Source of the DNA: Callorhinchus milii
Lineage: Eukaryota
Reading direction: 5' to 3'
DNA length: 64,000 nt
Assembly: GCF_018977255.1 (NCBI RefSeq)
Contig: NW_024704743.1
Span: 12,960,001-13,024,000 of the forward strand
The notes beneath the pieces were generated by a model. That model did not search any database. It had not been told where the DNA came from and was given only the letters and a program-made list of their open reading frames with translations. Within the stretch, counting starts at the first letter, position 1, and the number at the start of each line of letters is the position of its first letter. Of this stretch, positions 46,026 to 59,515 are shown in pieces. Made by a program: the position numbers and the translations under genes.

Positions 46026-48284
46026 GATAGCATAGTGAACTGTTACAGTCTAGTTTGGGATATTTGTTAAGATTCTTCTTTAATAAGGAATTAGAATTGG
46101 AGTAGAATACAGATAGTATGACATATGTCTGGTTATTAAAGCAGTCCCCATTGGATAATGTATTAAGAAATCCAGTTAAGAAATACCTCCAATTAGACCC
46201 CAAAGTAAACCAAACTTTACTTTGAAACACAGTGTTATGAATGTATATACTTAGTAACTTTCTCAATACATATAGTGTCATTCATTTCTATAAGAGAATG
46301 GTGCTTTTGCACAGAACAAGATTTTCCATTATGCTAATAATTGCACTATAATGAAAATACATTTCACTTTTTGCTGAGTTATATTTATACAAATAATATT
46401 TAAGTCTTATGTTTTCCTTTCTAAATAGCTGTAAAATGAACAAATAGCATTGCCAATCAAAATCAAAGCCCTGATCCTTTGTCAAGAATAAGGTATTCAG
46501 TCACTGCTCTATAAAGTGGTCTATAATGACACTCTTTCTTGGCTTCAGCGCCTAGTTATTCTAACAATGACATTCAAGGATTATTGACTGAAACCTGACA
46601 TTGTTAGAAGAGGATCAGTGTGATATGCTTTAAAACAAGACTTTCTTTGATTCAACCTTTTGTCAGTTTCTTTTGACACTTCTTACTTTTGTAAATCTAC
46701 TTGCCTGCGGATCTTCACATCCACATACAACCAATTGATACACAGACTAGTAACTTGTACACAAGACCATACACTCACAACTGTGACTCAAATAGAAATG
46801 ATATCACTGTGGTTCAAGGGAGGGAACACGTTTGATGTGCATTCTTTTAATGGCGTCTTTAGAGAAATAAAAGGATTGGCACAACATTAACTAATTTGAA
46901 CCTTAAACACGCACAGGACTTTTGTGATTCAGAAAGGAAAAGGAGCAGGGTCATAGCAGCACTTTGTCACAGCAATGTGCAAATTGGAGTCCCAAAGCTA
47001 ATCATTACTCTAAGTAGGTTCCTTTATAGCCCCCCAGCAAGGATTTGCTAAATCTTCTACCATCCAAAATCTAAATCTGCCTCTCAGCGGTGGATTTAAA
47101 AAATAAGTAATATTTGCCAAGAGACTTCCTGCCTTCCTCGCAGAGGGTCAGAAGCAGCACTCAGCAATCATGTTCATGTGGTCTTAGACTTAAGATCGTT
47201 GTCGTAACATTGAAGATTGTGCAGAATTTAGGATAATTCCATGAATGGAATTTTCGTGAATGGAATCAGCTTCCACTAAAACTGAATTAAAGAACTTATA
47301 ATAATAAATAATAATCCTTGCATTTGATATAGTGCCTTATCATGTCTTTGAGATATCTTAAAGCGCTTCACAGAATATAATGTAAAGTAGCTTGTTTTTT
47401 TGTGGAAGGAATATTTCTTTAAGATGTGTCTACTAATGGTGTCTTTAGAGAAATAAAAGGATTGGCACAACATTAACTAATTTGAACCTTAAACTCACAC
47501 AGGACTTTTGTGATTCAGAAAGGAAGAAAAGCTGGGTCATAGCAGTACGTTGTCACAGCAATAAAGATAAGGTTATAATTTGTCTATGTTTTGTGTCCTC
47601 GGTCACTCTCCTACCCCTACTCTCCCTGCCCTCCACCCCTCCTGATCCAAACCACCAGCTTGGGTGGGGATCCCTGATTCTCCAATACCTTGGGACATCC
47701 TCCTGACGTGAAAGGGGCTTTACAAATGTAATTTGTTGTTGTTGTTAAAATAAATTGACTGTATATTTTGTGTAACCTTTATCTAATCAAACCAAAATGA
47801 CATTTATTTAAGGATCAGGGTAAAAGGCGCTGAACAGTTCACGATTTACACATGAGCGGGGAGTGGGAACAGGGAGGGGTGCAAAATTAAATAAGCACAA
47901 TCATAAATAATCCAGCACACAAAGTGTTATAATGTCAACTATGGAAATGTTTTAATAATCATACAATTTAAAGATTTCAGATCAGTCAATGTGTAGTGTC
48001 TTGCAGATATGAAACTGATTTTTAAAAATATATATATATTTAAAAATGCAGGGATTTGAGTGATCTGACCCAGAGAAGATGAACACATGTGAGGACATTT
48101 AATATTATTATCACCTCTCCACCCCCGTTGATTTAACATCTCTTCTAGCCTTGCAGCAGGCATCAATTTCATGACCTTACCAGTACTTTACTAACACAGA
48201 GGGTTCAATTGACAAAGTATGGCCTCCTCATATTTCTATGTTCCCATGCACCAGAAATAAAATCTGATTGTCACCATTAATAGA

Positions 48285-48897
48285 AACTCTTGAAACTCTT
48301 GTTCATGCCTTCATCACCTCCAGGCTCGACTATCCAAATGCCCTGCTTGTCGGCCTTCCTAACTCCTCCCTCCACGAGCTGCAGATAATCCAGAACGCTG
48401 CAGCCGTGTCCTCTCCCGCACCGAACTCCATGACCCCATCTCCCCCACTCTCGCCCGACTCCATTGGCTCCCTATCCTTCAGAGGAGCCAGTTCAAGATC
48501 CTGGTCCTCACCTACAAAGCCCTCCATGGCCTCGCCCCACCCTACCTCTCTGATCTCCTAACCCCCTACCAACACGCCTGCTCCCTCCACTCAGCCGGCT
48601 CTGGCCTGCTCCACGTCCCCCGACCCACCCACCCCACCATTGGCGGGAGAGCCTTCAGCCTCTCTGCCCCCAATCTCTGGAATTCCATCCCCCAATCATT
48701 CCGCCTCACACCCTCCTTAGCCTCCCGTCTCAAAACCCTCCTCTTCGACCATGCCATCGGCCACCCCCTTCCCCTCCCCTCTTTTCGCCCTCCCTGACCC
48801 CAGCTCGGATCTGAATTGCTGTACACTGTCCAGCGCCTTGGGACGTCCTCCCGACGTGAAAGGCGCTATACAAGTGCAATCTTATTGTTGTTGTTGT
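48285..48897 (+). mobile_element. L2 3' fragment with a well-preserved tail
   Basis: [23 protein letters not shown]; tail agcgccttgggacgtcctcccgacgtgaaaggcgct plus (TTG)n. Confidence 0.92.
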
Positions 48898-49094
48898 CCA
48901 CTACTCATTTCTGATTCTTAGAAAATGATTCTCCTACTGGACGGTTAGCAACCAACATTATAATAATAATAATCCTTGTATCAGATATAGCGTCTTATCA
49001 CATCTTCGAGACGTCTCAAAGCACTTCAAAGAATATACTGTAAAGTGAATTGACTGGATATTTTATAGCGAATGATGAACAGGCAATGTTTAAC

Positions 49095-49510
49095 TCAGTC
49101 TGGTTCAGTTGGTAGTCCTCTTGTTTCTGAATCAGAAGGTTGTTCAAACCTTACTTTGGAACCTAGAACGCATATAGTGTAGGCTGATACACCAATGCAG
49201 TGCTGGAGGTTGCATTGTTGGAGGTGCCATCTTTCGGATGAGACGTTAAACCAAGCTCCTGCCTGCCTGTTTAGGTAGGTTTTAAAGATACCATGGAGAG
49301 AAGGGAGTTTCCCATGGTGTCTTGACTAACAATCCCCAAATAAAATTGGTCATTCCCTTTATGGCTGTATGTGCGACGTTGCTATGTGCAAATTGGCCAC
49401 CACATTTTCCCACAGGGTACTCAATCACTCAACTTTACAGTATATCCTGTGAAGCGCTTTGAGACATCCTCCTGATGTGAAAGGCGCTGTATCAAAGGTA
49501 AGGATTATTA
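49095..49510 (+). mobile_element. Near full-length Deu-domain (SacSINE1/AmnSINE1-like) SINE
   Basis: tRNA-like head, central ggaggtgccatctttcggatgagacgttaaacc block, gctatgtgcaaattggc, L2-like tail. Confidence 0.8.
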
Positions 49511-51164
49511 ATGTAGAATCAGTCCAATTTGATATTTATGCAATAAAGCTGAACAGTTTGAATCAGGTTGTTTTGGGTTTGTACAATAATTCTGTTTTCA
49601 CATGCTTCCCTAATTTGATATGTAGTTTATAAAAATATTGAATCCATTTATCTGGATTCAGCTACACCTTCTGGATTGTAAATGGTCATCTGTCTGTTCT
49701 TAAGCTGTAAATTACCTAAAAGAAGTCCATTGTTCCACTGAAATGCTGCAATGATGGACATCTGGTGGCTCTTGTATTTTTCCCAATTTCTTTCTTCTCT
49801 GTGCTGCTCTGAAACACATAGCTAAAGCATAGTAATTAATCTGCACTGAATGGGACAGGTGATAATTTGGGAACAGAGGGTAATTTAGAGGAATGTAAAC
49901 TGAAACCTGTGCTATTACCTAACTCAGCCACCTTCCTTCAACACAGACCAATACTTGTAACTGAACAATCGTATCACCTTGCTTTGGATCCAATAACGTA
50001 ATCCATTGTCAAAATAATATACAACAACAGCAACTTGAGTTTATAAAGCAACCTTCATAAGGGTAGAGTCTCAGAGCATATAAAGTGGATGCTGTTTATA
50101 ATAAGGGCCAGGCCAGGCCTTACTTGAAAACTCTGAAACATTCTCCTTCTAGCCATCTGACTTGTCCCCTCCTTCCCCATCTTCAGGTCACGCCTGAAAG
50201 CCTTCCTCTTTGACTGTGCTTACGATCACCCCTCACCCCCGGCTCGGTGTCAGGCTCCACCACAGTCAAGCGCTGTGAGTGCGTGGGAGGCAGAATATCA
50301 TTGCAAGTTATTGGTGGCATTGAAAAACTCACAGCATTTTAAAGTGTACATCAGAAAGAGATCTTTCAAAGCTACGGTGCCGTGTGACTTTAACTCTCCA
50401 AGTGCAAGAAAGCTCCGGCACAGTTTATCTTTAATTCCTAATTGTCTCCAACATTTTGTCATGACAGATGCTTACGTGGGCACGAAGAGTAGCAGGAACA
50501 CATGGGCAAGAGGAGACCAAATCTTACAGCACTGGTGGAAAGAGGCACGCAGGTATAAAGCCAGTGCCTGTGCTTACCAAGAGCGGAAGACCATTTTTTT
50601 ATATTTCATTATATGTTGTCACACATAAATTGTTGTTACTTATTTTTTTCATAGAAGCATAAAAGATTTGCAGAACAGAAGTAGGCCATTTGGCCCATTA
50701 TTTCTATGTTGCTGCTAACTCCTTCCACTATAGGTGTTTACTCTGATTATTCCCCTGTTCTTTCCGCGTACCACTTAATATTAATTGTTCTCAAGCATTT
50801 ATCCAATTCTACTTTTAAAACCATTTAGAGAAAGCATTTAGCAGTAAATCACAACTTGTGTAAAACACTAAAGAAAGAAGTTGGCCCAGATTCAGTTAAA
50901 TGCAGATTGCTGAAGGGAAATGGGCCCACACTCTTTCCAAAAATATAATCGAAGTTTTAAATAGCAGAGCGAACTGCTCGCCCCTCAGAGCAAGCAAAAC
51001 AGTGATGACTTTAAACTGAAAATATCTCCTGTTTGGGACAGAGTAAAATCACCGTGAAGCCCCAGTACAATAATTACAATAAAAGCTCTGTTGTAGATTC
51101 AACCCTCCATTCCTCAAAATGTTGCAACTACTATAAAGCCTTTTTTGTCTATCCTGCTATAATA

Positions 51165-52500
51165 CAATACAAAACAAAATTACAGTTGTAAAGCCCCTTT
51201 CACGTTAGGAGGATATCCCAAAGTGCTGAACAGTCAGGGATTAGGGGTGGGAGGAGGGGTGTGGGTGTGGGATCAGGGAGGGTGGAGGGCAGAGAGGGTA
51301 GGAGAGTGGTCGAAGGCTCAGCTGAAGAGCAGGGTCTTGCGGAGTGCTTTGTGCTTTGAAGGGGGCAATGGAGGAAGCAAGGTGAAGGAATGTGGGATGG
51401 AGTTTCAGAGGTCGGAGGCAGAGAGGCTGAAGGCCCGACTGCCGATGGTGGGGTCGGCTGGCAGGGAACATGGAGCAGGCCGGATCCTGCTAAGCAGAGG
51501 GAGCGGACAGGTTGATGAGGAGTTAGGAGGTTGGAGAGGTAGGAGAGGGCAAGGCCATGGAGGGCCTTGAAGGTGAGGATGAGGATTTTGAACTCAATCC
51601 TCTGAGGGATGGGGAGCCAGTGGAGCTGGACAAGGGTGGGTGTGATGGGGTCACAGTGCCTGGTGTGGGAGAGGACATGAGCTGCAGAGTTCTGGATGAT
51701 CTGCAAATTGTGGAGGGAAGAATTGGGAAGGCTGACAAGCAGGGCATTGGCATAGTCAAGCCTGGATGTAATGAAGTCATGTATGAGGGTTTCGGCGGCC
51801 TGAGAGGTGAGGCAGTGGCGGAGTTGGGTTAGATTGCAGAGGTGTGAGAAGGCAGAGTGGGTCATGGAGCAGGCCAGATCCTGCTAAGCAGAGGGAGCGG
51901 ACAGGTTGATGAGGAGTTAGGAGGTTGGAGAGGTAGGAGGGGGCAAGGCCATGGAGGGCCTTGAAGGTGAGGGAGAAAAGATAGTTGAGGGTCGACAAGA
52001 TGCCTAGGTTCCTGACTGCTTTGGTGAGATGGAGTGTGCATCCATGGATGCTGATGCTGCCAGTGCTTGAGGTGCGGAGGTGCTGACGGGAGCCAATTAG
52101 GAGAGTCTCGGTTGTTGCTGACATTCAACTGCAGAAAGTTAGCTCTCATTCAGGACTTGATGTCTGACACATTCTGTCAGGACAGCTGTGGTCCTGAGTC
52201 GAGGGTGGAGGCAGAGAGATAGAGTTGGGTGTTATCCACATACATGTGGAAGTTGACCCCATGTCTGCAGATGATATCCCCAAGAGGGAGCATGTACAGG
52301 TTAAGAGGAGATGACCGAGGACAAAGCCCCGAGGAACACCACATGTGACGGTGCAGTGGCTGGAGGAGAAGCTGTTTGTAGAGACAAAGTGGAGCTGGCG
52401 TGAGAGATAGAATCTGAGCCATTCAAGGACAGAACCTTGAAGGTTGAGGTAAGAGGAGAGGCGGTGGAGGAGGATAGAGTGGCTCACAGTGTGGGATAAC
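51165..52500 (-). mobile_element. L2 LINE fragment (RT to 3' end) with an internal 110-bp duplication
   Basis: [24 protein letters not shown] and [20 protein letters not shown] motifs, frameshifted. Confidence 0.92.
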
Positions 52501-52945
52501 AGAGATAATAGTGTAGATAATGATCCAAACCTGCCAGAGGTGCCAGGGCTTTCTAGCAATAGGACAGCGCTCTAAACACTTGAAATAATTCCAGTCTCTT
52601 CCTGTGAGCAGGATTGTCCACAGGGTGAATATGCATTCTAAACAGATTTTCAAATGGAATAAAACAAAATAGATTGCAAATATCATACTGAGGAGTAGAG
52701 TTGATATTAATCAACACTCCTCTTCCTACTCCAGTGCATTAAATTATTATATATAAAATTCAGAACATTTCAATTGAGTTTGCTTTGGAAATGAAGTACT
52801 ATGTTACACACATTTCAACAAAGTGTATTGCCACCTTTCCTATTGCCAAGTTGATCCACCCTTTCAGCCATTGAAGTTATTAACAAAGAGATATAAATTG
52901 AGGATTATCACCAGCAGGGAAAAGGGAGAAGATTTTTTTTATCTA

Positions 52946-53053
52946 CAGGGTGACCAAAAAGTTGTGATACCATTACAATGTCTAATAAGTCTTAAGTAAA
53001 TAATGACTTTTTTTAGATAATTGGGTAGATATCACGACTTTGTGGTCACCCTG
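52946..53053. mobile_element. 108-bp Tc1/mariner-type MITE inserted in a CR1 fragment
   Basis: TIRs cagggtgaccaaaaagttgtgata / tatcacgactttgtggtcaccctg (2 mismatches in 24); left flank TA, right flank TG. Confidence 0.8.
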
Positions 53054-55769
53054 TGCAGAGGAGTGTTATATTGTGGAATTCCTTACTGGAGATGGCTGTA
53101 GAAGTTGAGAAAAGATAACATCAAAGGACCTGGGGAATGGGATTGCAGAAGTTAGCTTCAGTACATTGTGGGCTGAAAAATCATATGGAGTATACCACAT
53201 CTCTGAAAGATTAGTAAACAAAAAGCAGATGTAATTAGTTATATAGAAAACACCTCAAAGTACTTTCAGTTACTCTTAATGTGTATTTGTAGGTAAACAC
53301 AACTTTTGCACACAGTAATGCACACAGTTCCACAAACAACCAGGAGGTGAATGATGAATGACCAATATTCAGTACTCCAAGACACTGTTTTACATGAAGT
53401 GAGCGCTATAAATATAAGTTTTGTTGTTATCTGGAGGATTGTTAGCTTGGACACCAAGACAATTTCTTTCTCTTTTCAAATCATGTCATGGATCCACTCT
53501 ACCTATTGGAGATTTGAGTCACCAGTTGTAGATATGTCTATATGTCCAAGTCTTCATTGAGGAGCTGTGCCTTGGATTACTGCAGTATGTCATATATCTA
53601 CAATCACATTCCCACTTCAATGAGGCAAGAAATTATGTCCATGATCCTTCTCTGTGATATAATCCACTAACCTATAAACAAATTGCGCTGGAAAAATATT
53701 TTAAAATGAGTATAGTGGCCCATCCCAGGGAGGAAGACTTACTTGTCTGTAGGAGCCACTGCAAGTATACTTTGTGAGTGATTCTCTGTCATCTCTGATT
53801 TTCACTGTCACTTTCTTTCTCTGTCCCTTTTCTATCCCATTCCTGTTCCCTCACAGAATCCCATCTCCTTGTAAGTTTTCTGTATGTGTATGTGTGTATG
53901 TATGCAACCCGCTGTTTTTGTGTGTCTCCCTTGTCAGACTTTCTCTGTGAGTCTTTCCATTTCTCTCTCAGGGGAGTGGGAGCTGATGTGTGTGTGTTAG
54001 TGGGGGGGGGGGGGGGGGGAGGGAGTGGGGGTGGGGGGGGTGCGGAGTGGCGGTAGGGGAGTAGGAAATATGTTAGCTGGTGAGGAGAATGGGAGATACA
54101 TTGGGAGGTGATAAGAGGAGCTGAGTGAAGAGGGGAGTGGAGTAAGAGATGAGTTGGGAGGTGAGGGGAGTATTGCAAAAATGGTGGATAATCGAGGGAG
54201 ACAATGAAAAAGTGGATAATTCCAGTTTCATTGTAGTGCTTTGATATCAATTTCTAGTGTGAAATAATTCTAATCGGTGACAATTCTGCATAGAAAATTG
54301 GAGATTTTACTAGTTTGACCAATATCCAAATGAAATGTGGGTGCTCATTCCCTGGAATGGATAAAGGTAGATTATGGGCTAAATTGCTAAGGAATGCTGA
54401 AATGCCAAGTCTCGGACAAAGCTAAGGTCAGTTGGACCATCAATTTACTGAAAATCCATTCTTGCTTCAGGAAGACTTAAGCAAATCTTTGTGACACATC
54501 TTAAAGTTACCATTTGGATTAAAATATATGTCATTTTGGAAATCATAGATTAACATTGTTGACCACCTACTATTTGGTCTTGCACAGAGCATGTTGTTTG
54601 TAAGAGTGCTTCAATAGCTTAAAGGAATTGATTTCAACAACACTATCACAGCCCACTGATATTTAACAAGCATGTTTTAACCCAACAATTAAACCATGTG
54701 TCTCCAAGATAGAGGTTATTCATTCCATTTAAGATTTTTCACATTCCTTATTCAAAATGCATTGGTTTGTTTCTGCTCTTAATTTTAAGAACAAAAAGAT
54801 CCTAAATGCCCTTTAAACCACCCAATCACAAGTGAGCTCATTTGTCAAGTAATGAATGTAAAGGAAAGGTTTATTTTGGCATGCAAAAGGCCACAGTAAC
54901 AAGTACTTGTAGCTAAAAGTATTGGTGGCTAGGTCCATTTGTATTCATTTAGGCTGTAATACAGAATGAGCAGATCATAACAACAGAGCTGTTTGGGAAA
55001 ACAAACTGGCCATTACCAAAGATGCCCTGGCTAATGCACTGATCTCACAATATGCACTGTACCCTCGATTGAACTGCAGGAATGCAGAGTATGGCCATCT
55101 CTGTTATAAGTAAGATCCTTTGAAGACTAAGAAAGAGCAACAGGTCAAGCCGCAAACAATAGGGGAGTAAAAACCTCCGAGCGCTTGATTTACTGACCTG
55201 CTGCTTTGAGAACTTTCTGTTGCAGTCCTGTTATTTTGTTCAAATTATCGCTGCACTGCTTTAGTAGCAATTTCATTCCAAATTTATTCAACAAATGCGA
55301 ATGAGTCACTCTTTGACACATTATTAATTCATGAAATGACGGGAAATGATCATTCAAAAAGATCTGGTTTTAAAATCGGTTTGTAAGATATTATCCATCT
55401 CAAAGAATAGCAGAATATTTAATTTACTCGTTGTGCACAGTACTATAAAACCCTCTATTCAGTTAACTTGATGGCATTGGATATGATAGATTATATTACT
55501 CAAAAGATGTGGATTCTAGGTTTACTTACAATGATTCCTTAGATATATAAAATGTTCATATAATTATGCTATGTAAGCCCTATTTGTTTTAGCTTATTTG
55601 AATCATCTTGGTGTGTAAAATATAACCTTGAATGAGACCTTATGTAACATGTCTTAGCTGGACAGTTTGTAGTGACAAATACAATCACTACACTTCACAG
55701 TAAAATCCTGTGAAGTGTTTTGAGATGTCTTCATGATGGGATAAAGTGCTATATCAAATGCAAACATTA

Positions 55770-56030
55770 TTTATTATTATTATTTTTGTACAGATAAACA
55801 ACAACCAATTTGTGCAGAGCTATGTCTCACAAACATCATTCATGAAATGAATGGCCAATTTTATTTGGGAGATTATTAACCAGGACACTAGGAGAAACTC
55901 CCTTCTCATTTAATAGTGACAAGGGATCTTTAAAATACACTTCAACTCGCAAGGAAAACCTAGGTTTAACATCTTGTCGGAAGGACAGTACTCCAGCATT
56001 GCAACACAACCCCAGCACTGCATTTGTATG
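55770..56030 (-). mobile_element. Deu-domain SINE
   Basis: Reverse complement shows ctttccgacaagatgttaaacctagg...taaagatcccttgtcactatt...gagaagggagtttc...gtgtcctgg. Confidence 0.7.
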
Positions 56031-56853
56031 ATTGATCCTATCTCACAATTGGTAAATTATGGTCTTGATTTCCTTGTGCTGGGGTGCTTGTGAGTAATGT
56101 TTCTCATGGTTTACCAATGCCCCTATGCTCCATAATGCACATCAATTGTAGTAATGTTAGGGATAAAGAAACTTCCATCAGTTTCATGCACACAGATGAA
56201 AATTGGGTTACAATTTTACAATCTGTTACACAAGTCTGCTACCTCATAATTAGACAATATATTAAACACTGAATCTGTAAACAAGCATATTTTTACAATG
56301 TTACAAAATGGATCTGTTAAGAAACATTTGAATATTTATCCAGCAGTTTCGATCAATCTGATCATTTCAGCTTATCTAGATTCCAGTGAAATAGAACTTT
56401 ATTGACTCGTTACTGAATATAAGAAAGGAAATTATATTCCGAGCCCCAAAGTTGCGTGTCATTCTCCTGCAGAAGGACAATTGTTCATTTGTAATATAAA
56501 ATTGGCCAAGGTGATCACAACAAGTCTATAACTGGAAACATTCAGTACTGGATAAACTACAAGACGATAGAACCAAAACACATATGCCTCTGCAAAAGGT
56601 CACTGAAAATAGGGTCAGTTTTATCTTTCTGTTTTATCTTCTTACCCCTGTTACAAAACAGCGATATGAGACTACGGGGAAGCTGAAACAAGCTGTCAAA
56701 GATACATTTCCCCTCCTCACTCAATTATGTTACAGAAGATGTCTAACCGAACATGGTGACGAATCATTATCTACCATGAAAATGATCTAACTGCACTTAG
56801 ATGTCCAGACGTCCAGAGGCTCACACCGGATGTCTGGACATCTAAATACAGTT

Positions 56854-59515
56854 AAACAACAACAACAACTTGGATATATATAGCGCCCTCCACGCTGGAC
56901 GGCGTCTCAGAGCACTTCACAGTAACGGATCCCGGGGCCGAGCCAGGGGGAGGGAGGTGACCAAAGGTGCGGTCGAAGAGAAAGGTCTTCGGCAGAGACC
57001 TTTGCTGAAAATGGCTGCTGATGGTGGAGCGGAGGATTCGGGGGACAAAGAGGAGGCCAGACCCGGTGGAGCGAAGGTAAGAGTCCTGTAGCTCAGTGGT
57101 TAGAGCACTCGCTTTGCAAGCGAGAGACCTGAGTTTAATTCCAGGCAGGGCGAAACCTTGGGCAAGTTTCCTTACTCCACACGCCTAATAATAATCCCTC
57201 ATAAAACCAAAAACAATAATAAATTGGTCATTTTCAATCTACGACTGTTTGTGGGACATTGCTGTGTGCAATTGGCTGCCGCGTTCGCCCACAAATATAC
57301 AGTCAATTCACTTTACAGTGTGTTCTGTGAAGCGCTTTGGGACGTCCTCCCTACGTGAAAAGCGCTATATCAAATGCAAGGATAATTATTATTATAACGG
57401 GCACTGTTGTGAGGAGAGAGGAGGTCAGAGACGTAGGGGGGTGCAGAGGAGTGGAGGGATTTGAAGACAAGAGTGAGGATCTTGAAATCGATCCTCTCAG
57501 GGACAGGCAACCAGTGCAGTCTGGCAAGGACTGGGGTAATCAGGGAGCGGAGTTTGGTGCGGGTAAGATTGCGGGTGGCAGAATTCTGGATGACCTGGAT
57601 TTTATGAATGGTAGTGGAGGGGAGACCGGTGAGGAGGGCATATGAATAGTCCAGCCGAGAGGTGACAAAGGCATGGACCAGGGTTTCGGCGGCATTTGGA
57701 GTGAGGTATTGGCGGAGATAGGTGATTCGTTGGAGTTGGAAGAAGCTGTGCTGGTGAGGGACTGGATGTGGGGGAGGAAGGATAATTGGGGGTCAAACCT
57801 GACGCCTAGATTGCGTACGGGTTTGGAGAGTTTTAGGGGGAGATCAGGTAGGTGGAGGAGGTGAGAACCATGCAATTTTAGACGTTGACGAGAGCCAAAG
57901 AGTATGGCTGCTGTCTTGTCAACATTTCACTCATCCAGCTCCTGATGTCTGACAGGCAGGTTGACAGAACATCAGGGGACTGGGGGTCGCAAAGTGAGGT
58001 GGAAAAAATAGAGTTGGGTGTCATCCGCATCCATGTGGAAGTGTCTGCGGATGACATCCCCAAGGGGGAGCACATACATTAGGAAGAGGAGGGAGCCAAG
58101 GATGGATCCTTGGGGTACCCGCAGGTAACCGGGTGAGAGTGGGAAGAAAAGCCATTTGTGCAGATGTACTGCTGGTGGTTTGTGAGGTAGGAGTCGAACC
58201 AGGTGAGTGCGGTCCCACTGAGGTGGATGACGGAGGAAAGGCGGAGGAGGAGGATGGCGTGATCGACTGTGTCAAAAGCGGCGGGGAGGTCCAGGAGGAC
58301 AAGGAGGCATAGGGACCCCTGGTCATAGAAAGAGAGGATGTCGTTTGTGACTTTCACAAGCGCAGTCTCTGTACTGTGGGCAGGGTGGAAGCCAGACTGG
58401 AGGGGTTCGAAGAGGGAATGGGAGGAAAGGTGTGCGCAAAGTTGATTGGCAACAATGTGTTGCTAGGATTTTGGCGAGGAAGGGCAGGTTTGAAATAGGA
58501 CGGTAGTGGTTGGGGTCTGAGGGATCTAGGGAAGCTTTTTTGAGGAAGGGGGTGATGGTAGCAGTCTTGAGGAGGGTAGAGACTGATCCAGAGGAGAGGA
58601 ACTGGTTGATGACATCAACCAGTAGTGGGCAGAGGAGGGGGACCTGGATGACCAGCAAGTTGGTGGGGAGGGGGTCGAGGCAGCAGGTGGTGGGTTTCAT
58701 TGAAGTGATGGTGGGTGAGAGGGAGGAAGGAGAGATGGGGAGGAAGGAATGTAGGATGGGGGTCGTGGTAGGAGCTAATGATGGAGAGGGTGAGGGGGAA
58801 GGAGAGGGGGTGATGGTGGGTGACAAGAGGCAGGAGGATGAGGCTGCCTGGCGGATATTATGTATTTTGGTTGAAAAGAAGTCCATGACCTCCTTGCACT
58901 TGGCATTAGATGTGAATATTGAGGAGGCCTGAGGGGGCGCACAGAGGAGGTAGTGGGTGGTGTAAAAAAGGACTTTGGGATTGTTTTTTGCCTCCAAGAT
59001 GATGTTGGAGTAGAAGGCCGTTTTCACACGCGTCAAAGAACGGTGATAGCTGTGGAAATGCTCGAGCCACAGTTGGTGGTGAACTGTCAGGACAGTTTTC
59101 TGCTATCTGCACTCGAGCAGGCAGGTTTGGGTTTTTAGGGAGCGGAGATGATTGTTATACCGGGGGATCCGGTGGGTTTGGAGATGGTCCTGGATTGCAG
59201 GGGGACGAGAGAGTTGAAGGTGGAGGCGAGGTGATCATGGAGCAGCTGGACAGCTGCTTCAGGATCTCTGCAGGTGGAAGGCCAGAGGGATAGGATATTG
59301 GAGGATGTGAGGGCTTTTGTGAGGGTCTCAGGGGGTAGTCTTTTCCATGGGGGGTAGAGTATGGTTGAGGGCTTGGTGGAGGAGAGAGGGATGTGAGAAG
59401 AGAAGGAAATGAGGAAGTGGTCCGAGATGGCCTTGTCCACTATGCTAAGGTCAGAAATGTCAAGGCCGTGGGTGATGACGAGGTTGAGGGCATGGCCATG
59501 GTTGTGGGTCGGTGA
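56854..59515 (-). mobile_element. Longest L2 LINE copy (end of APE endonuclease, RT, 3' tail), inactivated
   Basis: SPTHNHGHALNLV...ISDHFLISF (APE), [27 protein letters not shown]; catalytic YADD reads DADD; several frameshifts; (CAA)n tail at 56854. Confidence 0.95.
57081..57395 (+). mobile_element. Young tRNA(Ala)-headed SINE inserted in the L2
   Basis: Matches the 41611 copy; L2 sequence continues on both sides with a short taa duplication. Confidence 0.93.

Noticed and set aside
58323..59036. 237-aa ORF as a possible intact or domesticated RT gene
   Set aside because: Part of a frameshifted L2 with a mutated YADD motif and a SINE insertion.
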